From the NCBI GenBank assembly GCA_038843675.1, contig JAWBRV010000004.1, positions 20,442 to 84,441 on the forward strand: a DNA stretch of 64,000 bases, read 5' to 3'. Made by a program: the position numbers and the translations under genes. Under the pieces are notes generated by a model. The model ran no database searches. It was given only the letters and a program-made list of their open reading frames with translations, and was not told the DNA's origin. The stretch comes from Candidatus Bathyarchaeia archaeon. GTDB taxonomy: Archaea > Thermoproteota > Bathyarchaeia > 40CM-2-53-6 > CALIRQ01. This document shows positions 10,146-18,945 of this stretch, one piece after another (the stretch's first letter is position 1; each line of letters begins with the position of its first letter).

Positions 10146-11054
10146 ATGGGATCCATCGCAGCTCCTAGCGCTCCCCAACTCCGGGAAGCCCTCTCTGCAG
10201 GTCGAGAAGGAGAGGCCGAGATCCTCCGAGATCCCCTTCACCGTCCGCAGGATATCCCTCCTGAGCGCCTTGGGCAGATACCTCTCCCCGCCCAAGGCCT
10301 CGCCCTCCTCGGCGTAAAGCCTCCTCAACTCCTTGACCATCTTGGGGAAGGCCTTGAGGACCCTTCGGAGGTTGTCCCATCTGGCCTTGTAGGTGGATGC
10401 GATCACATGCCTGCATCCCGCCCTTTCGGCGGCGGCCATCAGGCGCTTGAGCCCGCTCGGGTCGTCGTTGATGCCCGGTATTATCGGGTCCACCCTAATC
10501 GAGCAGGGGATCCCACTCGATGATAGCAGCCCCATGGCGCGGAGCCTTTTGGATGGGCTCGGGGCGAGGGGCTCGAGCCTCCGCGCGAGCCGGTCGTCGA
10601 TCGTGGATATGCTTATGCTGACGCTGCAATTGCCCTTGGCCAAAAGGTCGGAATCCCTAGCCACTAGGTCGGATTTGGTTATCAAAAGGACCCTATGGCC
10701 CAACGGCAATAGCCTCCCGAGGGCCGATCTGGTCAGCCCCCTCTCGGCCTCGATTGGCTGGTATGGGTCGGAGCTGTTGGCCATGGAGATCAACGAGCCC
10801 GGCCTCAGGCGGGCCAAATCCCTCCCAAGCCTGGCCATGAAATCGGCCTTCTCCCTACACCTGAACCCATCCGGGATGTATGAGGTTATATAGCAATAGG
10901 CGCAGGAATGGCTACAACCCACGTAGGGAGAAAGGCTGTACTTCCTAGGGCATGTGCAGAGCGGATCCCCCCAAGGGTCGAACTCGGTTATCAGCCTCAA
11001 GGGCCATCTCTCGGGCCGGGGGCGATGGCTTTGCCCAATAAGCGCCCGAGCCAA
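10086..11054 (-). CDS. Radical SAM protein, SplB/COG1533-like
   Basis: CxxxCxxC motif (GCSHSCAYCY) and COG1533-like N-terminus. Its 3' end overlaps the HD gene by 60 nt (convergent). Confidence 0.65.
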   Translation of the reverse strand: MARALIGQSHRPRPERWPLRLITEFDPWGDPLCTCPRKYSLSPYVGCSHSCAYCYITSYIPDGFRCREKADFMARLGRDLARLRPGSLISMANSSDPYQPIEAERGLTRSALGRLLPLGHRVLLITKSDLVARDSDLLAKGNCSVSISISTIDDRLARRLEPLAPSPSKRLRAMGLLSSSGIPCSIRVDPIIPGINDDPSGLKRLMAAAERAGCRHVIASTYKARWDNLRRVLKAFPKMVKELRRLYAEEGEALGGERYLPKALRRDILRTVKGISEDLGLSFSTCREGFPELGSARSCDGSHLIPLRIPARLMDEFLDQGQ

Positions 11055-11096
11055 AATTATATATCGAAAATCGATAATAAAATGTGGAGAATCGGT

Positions 11097-11188
11097 GCGG
11101 CCGTAGTCCAGCCTGGTCTAAGACGCTGGCCTCCCATCGCTAGGGGAGCCAGCCAGTAACCCGGGTTCGAATCCCGGCGGCCGCACCA
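11097..11188 (+). tRNA. tRNA-Gly(CCC) with about 14-nt intron after position 37
   Basis: Acceptor GCGGCCG…CGGCCGC-A-CCA, T-arm CCGGG-TTCGAAT-CCCGG, anticodon loop CUCCCA|intron|A. Confidence 0.75.
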
Positions 11189-11294
11189 ATTTATATTCTC
11201 CACAGAATATTCCTCCGGAAGAATATTCCTAAACTTCACCGGCTCGGACGCGCCATTAAGGGATGAATCCCCTCCCCATATGGCGTCCGGATTC

Positions 11295-11564
11295 TCAGCG
11301 ATCCCCGCTCCCAATCGCGAAGCTCACTAAGAAGGATCCATCGCTCGCCTCCTTCGCCCCCTCAATGGAGGCGGAGATCCCGCGCCCCCTCAATTCGATC
11401 GCTAGGTCCTCGAACCATTCGCTAACCCCACAGCTTTCGCAAAAAGGCCCGCGGAACCTGATCGTCAAACGGCCCTCCGATAGCCCCTCCAGCTCGGCGA
11501 TGGCCTCGGGGCTATGATACCTGTTGTACTCCTTTATCGCCTCGAGGATCGCCCCCTCATTCAT
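11295..11564 (-). CDS. Hypothetical small protein (CxxC)
   Basis: 89 aa ORF with a CESCG motif; no recognised family. Confidence 0.35.
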   Translation of the reverse strand: MNEGAILEAIKEYNRYHSPEAIAELEGLSEGRLTIRFRGPFCESCGVSEWFEDLAIELRGRGISASIEGAKEASDGSFLVSFAIGSGDR

Positions 11565-11665
11565 CCCTTAATCCCCTCAAGGCCTTGGCGATCCCTCCTT
11601 AAAACCGCGCTGGCTGGGCGATCGCTTATATTCACCCCTTCCCCAATGCGTTCGCCGGGCGTGCC

Positions 11666-12367
11666 TTGTTCCCAAACGTCGTGGAGGAGCGATCATATAG
11701 GGACAGGGTCCGAATATTCGAGGATAGGGCGCATGCGGGCGAGCTCTTGGCCCTGAAGCTGCAAAAATACTCGAGGTCCCCGGATGCGATCCTCTTCGCG
11801 ATACCATCCGGCGGCATCCCGGTCGCGTTGACAATCGCCCGGGCCCTTGGGATCCCGCTCGATGTGGCGGTTGTCAGGAAGGCGCAGATCCCTTGGAACC
11901 CGGAGGCGGGGTTCGGGGCGGTGGCTTGGGACGGGGAAACAGTCCTAAACGAGCCCCTGATGGAGCGCTTGGGCCTCGGCCGAGCCGCCATCGAGGGGGC
12001 GATCTCGATGGCCAAGGCGATCGTCGAGGATAGGCTCAGGAGGTTCAGGGGCGATAAACCCTTCCCGGATCTTAGGGGCAAGACGGCCATAATCGTGGAC
12101 GACGGATTGGCCTCGGGGTTCACGATGCTGGCGGCCGTTAGAGCGGTCCGGAGGATGGGCCCAAGGGCCGTGGTGGTGGCCGTGCCGACCGCCTCCTCCG
12201 AGGCGATCGCCCTATTGGCGCCGGAGGTGGATGGGCTCATTTGCCTCAACATCAGGGGCGGCCCGATATTCGCGGTCGCCGACGCGTATCGGCATTGGCG
12301 CGACGTTCCCGATGAGGAGGCGCTAGGGGCTTTGGAGCGCGCTCGGCGGGAGGGGATCGCCATATGA
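11666..12367 (+). CDS. Phosphoribosyltransferase-domain protein (COG1926-like)
   Basis: PRPP-binding loop IIVDDGLASGFTM. The TTG start is uncertain (GTG 11681 possible). Confidence 0.65.
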   Translation: MFPNVVEERSYRDRVRIFEDRAHAGELLALKLQKYSRSPDAILFAIPSGGIPVALTIARALGIPLDVAVVRKAQIPWNPEAGFGAVAWDGETVLNEPLMERLGLGRAAIEGAISMAKAIVEDRLRRFRGDKPFPDLRGKTAIIVDDGLASGFTMLAAVRAVRRMGPRAVVVAVPTASSEAIALLAPEVDGLICLNIRGGPIFAVADAYRHWRDVPDEEALGALERARREGIAI

Positions 12368-12894
12368 GGCAGATCGCCGTGATAGGGAGCGGGGGCCCGA
12401 TACCGGAGGGGGTCCGCGCGATGGCGGAGGAACTTGGGCGGGCCATAGCACGCGCCGGCGCCGTCCTGATAACAGGGGGGAGGGGAGGGGTTATGGAGGC
12501 GGCTTGCAAGGGGGCCAAGGAGGCCGGGGGCTTAACGGTCGGGATCCTGCCCGGGCCGGATGGTCGAGATGCCAACCCATACGTTGACATAGCGATCGTA
12601 ACGGGCATGGGGGACGCGAGGAACGTAATCAACGTCAGATCGGCCGATGCCGTGATCGTGGTCCACGGGGGCGCTGGGACCCTCTCCGAGGTCGGCTTGG
12701 CCCTCAAGGCTGGGAAGAGGGTCATAGCCATAAAGCCCTCCGGAGGAGTGGCGGAGCTCGTCGCCGGATTGGCCATGGGCGGAGGGAATGTGATCCCGGC
12801 GGGCTCCGTGGAGGAGGCGATCGAGCTGGCCTTGGGAGGGCCCGAGGGGCGCCATGGGGCGTTTGGGGAGCGGATCGGGGATGAAGATCGCTGA
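12364..12894 (+). CDS. LOG/SLOG-family Rossmann protein (TIGR00725-like)
   Basis: GGxGGVME…GGxGT pattern; ATGA overlap with the upstream PRTase gene. Confidence 0.65.
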   Translation: MRQIAVIGSGGPIPEGVRAMAEELGRAIARAGAVLITGGRGGVMEAACKGAKEAGGLTVGILPGPDGRDANPYVDIAIVTGMGDARNVINVRSADAVIVVHGGAGTLSEVGLALKAGKRVIAIKPSGGVAELVAGLAMGGGNVIPAGSVEEAIELALGGPEGRHGAFGERIGDEDR

Positions 12895-13624
12895 GGAGCT
12901 AGGCCTGAGGGTGAACCCAAGGCTTCGCGTCGTCGCCCTAACGGGCGCCGGCATATCCATCGAGAGCGGGGTCCCGATCTTCAGGGGCAAGGGTTCCATG
13001 TGGGAGATCCCCGAGGCCAGGAGGCTCGCGGAGAGGGCCGGGCCGCCTTGGAATACGAAGGAGACTTGGGAGTATTACGAATGGAGGAGGGGCCTCGTCA
13101 GCCGTTGCGAGCCGAATCGGGCCCATTATGCGCTGGCGGAGATGGAGAAATACTTCGAGGATTTCCTACTAATAACTCAGAACGTCGACGGCCTTCACGC
13201 TAGGGCGGGTAGCAGGAGGCTTTTGGAGCTTCATGGGAGCATGTGGAGGGGGAGATGCATCGAATGCGGCCAAGTCATCGATCTGCCCGAAACGCCCCTG
13301 AGGGCCTTGCCGCCCCTTTGTACCTGCGGCCAAGCCTTGCGCCCGGACGTCGTCCAATTCGGGGAGCCCATAGACCCCAAGATCCTGAGCGCAGCCTTCA
13401 AGGCCTGCAAACGGGCCGAGCTGTTCTTGGTTATAGGAACTTCGGCGGTCGTTTATCCGGCCGCCCAAATGCCCTTGGTGGCGATCGAAGGGGGCGCGAG
13501 GGCCGTGGAGATCAACCCGAACCCAACCCCCTTGACCCCCTTCATGAGCCTATCGATCCGCGGGAGGGCGGCGGAGGCCCTGCCTAGGCTTTGGGAGGAG
13601 CTTTTATCGAGCGCCTCTGGGTGA
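12881..13624 (+). CDS. cobB: NAD-dependent protein deacylase, Sir2 family (CobB-like)
   Basis: GAGISxESGxPxFRG, Zn ribbon CIECG…CTCG, QNVDGLH. ATG 12881 overlaps the LOG stop. Confidence 0.8.
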   Translation: MKIAEELGLRVNPRLRVVALTGAGISIESGVPIFRGKGSMWEIPEARRLAERAGPPWNTKETWEYYEWRRGLVSRCEPNRAHYALAEMEKYFEDFLLITQNVDGLHARAGSRRLLELHGSMWRGRCIECGQVIDLPETPLRALPPLCTCGQALRPDVVQFGEPIDPKILSAAFKACKRAELFLVIGTSAVVYPAAQMPLVAIEGGARAVEINPNPTPLTPFMSLSIRGRAAEALPRLWEELLSSASG

Positions 13625-13631
13625 GGGCGCA

Positions 13632-14342
13632 TTGGGCACTTATGGGATCCCGAGGATATTGCTCGGCACCTCGCCCTTCATCGGCGCCGGGCAATTCGGG
13701 CGCAAGGCCCCCTCCTATTACGCCAAGTTCTACCTGAACCCGGGGAATATATTGGGCATCATAAGGAGGGCCTATGGGCTGGGGATAGATGGAATCCAGC
13801 TCCTGCCCTATGGGCCCGTCGTGAAGGCGGTTGAGCGGGCCCTTGAGGAAGGGATGGAGCTGAGGATCGTTGGGAGCGTGAGGCTTCGGGAGGCGGAGGG
13901 GGACATAAGCCTATTGGAGCGGCTCGGGGCCGTCGCCATGATCGCCCATGCTGAGATCGCCGACTTGAGGGATCGGGAAACCCTCGAGGGGATCCTCAAT
14001 GCGATCCATGAAACCGGGAGGCCGGCCGGGCTCGCATCCCACAAGCCCTTCAGGACACTGAGCTGGCTCGAGGGGCTGGGCTTGAAGTATGAGATCCTTA
14101 TGGTCCCGGTGAACGCCGCCGGGGCCTTCATGGATTGTAGGCCCGAGGGGCTCGCGGCATTGCTCAAGCGCCTCGGGAAGTTCGTCATCGCGAAGAAGGC
14201 CTTGGCCGCGGGGTCGCTGCCGCCCGCGGAAGCCCTTACCTACGTGGCGAGCTTGGATTGCGTCAACAGCGTCGCCCTAGGGGTCGCCTCGGAAAAGGAG
14301 GTCGATGAAACAATGGCCTTGGCCAAGCGCCTCTTGGCTTGA
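13632..14342 (+). CDS. Hypothetical protein
   Basis: 236 aa ORF with coding-like composition; no family recognised. Confidence 0.4.
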   Translation: MGTYGIPRILLGTSPFIGAGQFGRKAPSYYAKFYLNPGNILGIIRRAYGLGIDGIQLLPYGPVVKAVERALEEGMELRIVGSVRLREAEGDISLLERLGAVAMIAHAEIADLRDRETLEGILNAIHETGRPAGLASHKPFRTLSWLEGLGLKYEILMVPVNAAGAFMDCRPEGLAALLKRLGKFVIAKKALAAGSLPPAEALTYVASLDCVNSVALGVASEKEVDETMALAKRLLA

Positions 14343-14386
14343 TCGCAGGTCGCGAGCCATAGCCTCGCTCCTGCGCGGCCCTTTGA

Positions 14387-15895
14387 TCAATGCCTAGGCC
14401 GAGAGGGCCCCGCCGCGGACAGCCTCCACATCTCCTCCTTCGTGAGCTCATATAGGTTCCTGTAGGATCGATAGAGCCTCAGGTATTCGGCATGGGCGCT
14501 CTTCGAAGGCCTCGTAACCTCCCCGGCCCTAATCCACCCCTTTATGGCCCTCCAGCTCCCGATCGCCCCGCATCCGATCCCAGCGAGGAAGGCATCCCCC
14601 AAAGGGGCCCCCGGGTTCCTAGGGTCATAGCGCTGCGTTATGCCCGTCGCATCCGTGACTATCTTCCGCCAAAGCCGGCTCTTGGCCCCTCCATCGACCG
14701 CCACCCAGCCCTTGATTCTAACGCCCAGCTCCGCGTATATCTCCAAATGGTGCAGGAGGCCGTAGCCGAACGCCTCCAAGATGGCCCTATAGACGTGCGC
14801 ATCCGTATGGTATAAGTTCAGGCCGAATATCATCCCCTTAGCCTTGGGATCCATTATGGGCGACCTCTCCCCCATGAAGTACGGCAATACGATTATGCCC
14901 TCGGAGCCCGGCGGGATCCTAGCGGCCCGCTCCTCCAGCTCCCTCAGGTCCCCTTCCCTCTTGCCCCTCAACCTCCTGAACCATTCCACTATGGCGCCGA
15001 CCGTTTGCATCGCTATGGCCGATACCCATTTCCCAGGCCTGACGTGATGGCCGAAGTATAGCCCCCTATGGATTATCGGCCTCGAAATGCATGTATAGGC
15101 TGCGCCGACCGAGCCATAGGAGAGCATCGACTCCCCATCCTCTATAACGCCCGCGCTCAATGCGGACACGTTCGCATCGCATGACCCGGCCACGACCGGC
15201 GTCCCCTTCGCCAAGCCGACCTCCCTCGCCGCCGCCCCACTCACCTCGCCGACCACTGAGCCCGCCTCCACGAGCTCGGGCAGCATGGCTGGGTCGATCC
15301 CTACGGCCTCGCAGAGCTCATCGCTCCATTCGCCCTTTCGGACGTCCGAAAGCCCAGTCATATCGGCGACGTAATAATCGGAGGCGAAGGAGCCCGTTAG
15401 CTTGTTCAGGACGTAGCAATGGGAGGAGGGGGCAATCCTCTCCGTCCTCTCGAAGAGCTTGGGCTCATGTCGCTTGAACCAGAGGATCTTGGGCGCCAGC
15501 ATCCTATGGCTTATTGGGTTCCCATTTATTTCGAGGAACCTTTCGTCCCCGAGCTCGGCCTTGAGGTGGTCTATCTCAGCCGCGGCCCTCGTATCCATAT
15601 ATAGGATCGATTTGCGGAGCGGCCTCCCCCTCCCATCCAAGGGCGTCAGGTTCGTCGAGAGCCCGCTAATGCCCACGCAGGCGATATCCCTCCCCTCCGC
15701 CCCCTTCAAGCATGCCCTAACGGCCCTCTTGAAGGCGATCCACCAATTCCTCTCCGGATCCTGCTCCGCCCATCCGGGCTTGGGGAAGGAGACCTCGTTG
15801 CTTACCCTCGAGCTTGATAGGATCCTCCCCAGCGGATCGACTAGGACGGCCTTGCAGGCCGACGTCCCTATGTCCACGCCCAGCAGATTGGACAA
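14387..15895 (-). CDS. FGGY-family carbohydrate kinase
   Basis: N-terminal LGVDIGTSACKAVL and two-domain FGGY architecture, 502 aa. Confidence 0.75.
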   Translation of the reverse strand: MSNLLGVDIGTSACKAVLVDPLGRILSSSRVSNEVSFPKPGWAEQDPERNWWIAFKRAVRACLKGAEGRDIACVGISGLSTNLTPLDGRGRPLRKSILYMDTRAAAEIDHLKAELGDERFLEINGNPISHRMLAPKILWFKRHEPKLFERTERIAPSSHCYVLNKLTGSFASDYYVADMTGLSDVRKGEWSDELCEAVGIDPAMLPELVEAGSVVGEVSGAAAREVGLAKGTPVVAGSCDANVSALSAGVIEDGESMLSYGSVGAAYTCISRPIIHRGLYFGHHVRPGKWVSAIAMQTVGAIVEWFRRLRGKREGDLRELEERAARIPPGSEGIIVLPYFMGERSPIMDPKAKGMIFGLNLYHTDAHVYRAILEAFGYGLLHHLEIYAELGVRIKGWVAVDGGAKSRLWRKIVTDATGITQRYDPRNPGAPLGDAFLAGIGCGAIGSWRAIKGWIRAGEVTRPSKSAHAEYLRLYRSYRNLYELTKEEMWRLSAAGPSRPRH

Positions 15896-15914
15896 CGGGA
15901 TCAGGGCCCGGCTT

Positions 15915-17228
15915 TCATTTGGGCTTGAAGACGACCTCCTTGGGCCGCTCGTAAACCCCCCACTTCTCTATGGCCGCCCTCAGCTCCTCGTGGTCCCTCG
16001 CGTACTCCTCCAGCCTTATGCCCTTGGCGGCCGCGATCGAGGCCTGCACCATGGCCCTCACGCCGGCCTTGGTCCCCATCGGATGGCCCAAGATCCCTCC
16101 CCCCGCGATCATCATGAAATCAATGCCTATGTCATTGACGTGCTGCATCGCCAAGCCCGGGTATACGGCCCCTCCCAAGGCCGGCATAGCGGCCTTGATC
16201 CCGTGGAGCGGGTCCCTCAAGGCGCGGACGGACCAGAAGTACTCGCTGATGGGCTGGTACATCTTCCCATAGGGAGTGGAGAGGACCGTGAGATCCGCCC
16301 CGCAGATCCTGACGAGCTTCTTAATGACCGAATAGTTCATCCCAAGCCTCTCGGGCCTCATGAAGGCCCTGGCCATCGCCGGGTGGGCCAGTATGGGGAC
16401 CTTTATGCTCGGATCCTCGGCTATCGCCCTGAGGATCGAATAGCCCGCCGTTACATAGTTTATTAGGAGGCAGTTGGCGCCCGCTTGAACGGCCCATTCG
16501 GCGATCTCGGGCATTTTGTCGACCTCATCCGTTATATTCAAGGCGTAGAGGCATTTCTTGCCGCTCTCCTGACAACCCCTATCGATGGCCTCCATCGCGG
16601 CCGAGAGCCTATCCTCCCTTTTGCAATACGACGGGTTGGATTGCATCTCATCGTCCTTTATCAGGTCCGCCCCTCCCGCGGCCGCCTCATAGCAGACCTT
16701 GGCGACCTCCCTTGGGGCCATCCCGAGCTTGGGCTTCATTATGGCTCCGACCAAGGGCCTATCGCCCACGCGGAGGAGATCCCTCAAGCCCCCTATCCCG
16801 AACTTCGGCCCCTTGAACTCCCTCAGGAAGGACTTTGGCATGAATAGGTCGACGAGCTTCACGGAGGCTAGGCCCATGGAGTATATATTGCCCGCTATGC
16901 CCGTCATGACCATCGTTATGGGCATGCCATCGCCGAAGTTCGCCAATGGGTGGGCGACCAAGGCGAGGAACTTCCTAGAATCGCCCTCGGCCGGGAACTC
17001 GTAGACCCCCAAGACCTTCCCTTGGCTCCTCTCCCTAATCTCATCCGTTTCGGTTGGGACCCTCAACCAAGTCCCGGTCGTGGCCTCGGCGGCCAAGGCC
17101 TCGGCCACCTTCGAGGGCTCCCTATCCCCGGAGGCCTCTATCCTATAGGCGGCTATAAGGAACGCCTCTTGGTCGATCCCCTCAAAGATCGAGAAGGCGT
17201 AGGGGTCATAGGTATATTCCCTCTCCAA
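15915..17228 (-). CDS. rbcL: Ribulose-bisphosphate carboxylase large subunit, type III
   Basis: Motifs GxDxxKDDE and GGGxxGHP. Likely TTG start (MEREYTYDPY); the ORF to 17306 extends into the promoter. Confidence 0.85.
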   Translation of the reverse strand: MEREYTYDPYAFSIFEGIDQEAFLIAAYRIEASGDREPSKVAEALAAEATTGTWLRVPTETDEIRERSQGKVLGVYEFPAEGDSRKFLALVAHPLANFGDGMPITMVMTGIAGNIYSMGLASVKLVDLFMPKSFLREFKGPKFGIGGLRDLLRVGDRPLVGAIMKPKLGMAPREVAKVCYEAAAGGADLIKDDEMQSNPSYCKREDRLSAAMEAIDRGCQESGKKCLYALNITDEVDKMPEIAEWAVQAGANCLLINYVTAGYSILRAIAEDPSIKVPILAHPAMARAFMRPERLGMNYSVIKKLVRICGADLTVLSTPYGKMYQPISEYFWSVRALRDPLHGIKAAMPALGGAVYPGLAMQHVNDIGIDFMMIAGGGILGHPMGTKAGVRAMVQASIAAAKGIRLEEYARDHEELRAAIEKWGVYERPKEVVFKPK

Positions 17229-17239
17229 CCGGCATCCCC

Positions 17240-17275
17240 TTCGATCCTGATCGCTTCGATAGTATAAAATATAAA
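17240..17275 (-). promoter_or_regulatory. TATA-box promoter for rbcL
   Basis: Minus-strand TTTTATATTTTATA about 40 nt upstream of the TTG start, with an AGGGGAT SD-like element. Confidence 0.45.
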
Positions 17276-17669
17276 AATATGGTATAATCCCCGCGCATCC
17301 ATTCACATCCCTTCGCTCTCAAGGGGCCCAGCCGGTCGAGGGCCACGGGGGATGGGTATGGATCCGCCAAAAAATGGCGAATGCTAATGCTTCCGCTCCA
17401 AGCGAAGCCAGCGGCCGGCGCGGCCTCTATGGCCCCGGCGAGCGACGCGATGGCATATTTCCGCTCCGGAGGAGGCCTTGGTTTGAATGGGCCGCGGTGG
17501 ATCCCCTCAGCCGATCGAATGCGCCTCAATGGTTTGAGATTTCGGGCGGCCGAGGTTCACCGAACCCATGGATGGAGATCTCTTAGCTATGGCGACGCTC
17601 CCGATCGGCCTTCGTCTAAGCGAGGCGGCCCGCAACTATTCGGACTTTCGTGAATCGGCGGGCCCCTCG

Positions 17670-17855
17670 CTATATCTTCTCCCCGCACTTTGGGCAGAAG
17701 GCCGAGCCCTCCGGGTATTCGGCGCCGCAGTTCGGGCATCGGGCCGCAGCGGAGGTCTCGGGAGGGGGCGCCACCTCGGATGCGGGCTTAGGCCCTCGCC
17801 CCTTCAGGGCCAAGGCCGCGACCGCGATCCCAAGGGCTATGAGGCCCATCGCCAT
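17670..17855 (-). CDS. Small membrane-anchored zinc-ribbon protein
   Basis: N-terminal TM helix then CPNCG…CPKCG. Confidence 0.45.
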   Translation of the reverse strand: MAMGLIALGIAVAALALKGRGPKPASEVAPPPETSAAARCPNCGAEYPEGSAFCPKCGEKI

Positions 17856-17995
17856 TAGGCCCGTCAGGCCGCCGGGGCTGGGCCTCGAGGACCGAGAAGT
17901 ATGCGGGCGAGCTCTCGCAGCCCCGATGCCTCGAATCGCCGGACCACGCGGCCCTCATGGTCCATGCGCCGGCCATGCTCATTCGAGAAGGGGCT

Positions 17996-18472
17996 TCATT
18001 CTTCGTATTGGAACCTCAACCGGCACGCGTCATCCCCTTTGCAGAGCTGGGAATCGAGCGAGAACCCGATCCCCTCGTCGAACTCATCCGCCCAAGCCCG
18101 GTATTCCGCTTTGCATATCCTCTCCCCGATCCTGCCGGCTAGGGCCCCCCTCCCCGCCCTTTTCATGATCTCGAACCATGGGCACTCGTGGATCAATATC
18201 AGGGCGCGATCCCCCTCGGCCTCGAAGCTGGCCCTATAGCCCTCCATCCCGAATTTCGCCTCCAGGGCCCTCAATAGATCCCGCAGGCCATTCCCCCAGA
18301 TGCCATAGAGCTCCCTTATCTTCTTGGATTGGATCTTGGGCATCGCCCTCCAGACCCTCTCGTCTATCTCCAATGCCTTATCGAAGGAGTCGGCTTCCTC
18401 GAGCATAACGAACCAAAGCCCATCGACCGCGAAGAAGGACCTCTTGAAATATTCGAGCGCCCTTTCGGCCAT
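17996..18472 (-). CDS. Hypothetical protein (possibly ATC-hydrolase-like)
   Basis: 158 aa ORF; no confident family. Confidence 0.4.
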   Translation of the reverse strand: MAERALEYFKRSFFAVDGLWFVMLEEADSFDKALEIDERVWRAMPKIQSKKIRELYGIWGNGLRDLLRALEAKFGMEGYRASFEAEGDRALILIHECPWFEIMKRAGRGALAGRIGERICKAEYRAWADEFDEGIGFSLDSQLCKGDDACRLRFQYEE

Positions 18473-18504
18473 TCCCGAACGCCCCGATCGGCGGAACCGG
18501 TTGG

Positions 18505-18921
18505 CTATACTACCCTCTCGTCCCTTCTATAAACGGTCCCTTGGCATGATGCTATCAGGGAGCCATCCTCCGATCTGACCACGATGCGGTATAGGGCTGT
18601 CCTCCCGCCGAGGCTTTCCTCGAACGCCTCCGCGATTAGCCTCATCCCCTCCCTCGCCGGCGAACGATAGCTTATGCTCATGCATAGGGCCAAGGCCATT
18701 TGGCCATGGGAATTACTGGCCGCCGCGAAGGCCGCATCGGCCAATGAGAATATAGCTCCGCCATGGGCTATGCCGTGGAAGTTGAGCATATCGCCCGTGA
18801 CGGTCATTTCCACCCTGCTATAGCCTTCCCTCAACTCCACCAACTTCATGCCCAAGGACTTCGAGAACGGATCCCCCTCGATCTTCTCCCGGATCCTATC
18901 CAGCGCGCCCATGTGGGCCAA
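18505..18921 (-). CDS. PaaI-family hotdog thioesterase
   Basis: HGGAIFSLAD motif. Confidence 0.7.
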   Translation of the reverse strand: MAHMGALDRIREKIEGDPFSKSLGMKLVELREGYSRVEMTVTGDMLNFHGIAHGGAIFSLADAAFAAASNSHGQMALALCMSISYRSPAREGMRLIAEAFEESLGGRTALYRIVVRSEDGSLIASCQGTVYRRDERVV

Positions 18922-18945
18922 TCCGACGCGGGCCTCGAATTAAAA

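Noticed and set aside
11632-12920. Long minus-strand ORFs (11632-12363, 12252-12920) antisense to the PRTase and LOG genes
   Set aside because: Ala/Ser/Pro-rich, no motifs, antisense to motif-bearing genes.
15459-16466. 335-aa plus-strand ORF antisense to Rubisco
   Set aside because: Rubisco on the minus strand has unmistakable catalytic motifs; the plus ORF is a GC-driven artefact.
17568-18239. Overlapping plus-strand ORFs (17650-18168 and others) over the zinc-ribbon gene and the 17996-18472 gene
   Set aside because: Pro/Arg/Gly-rich translations; the minus-strand genes have better coding character.
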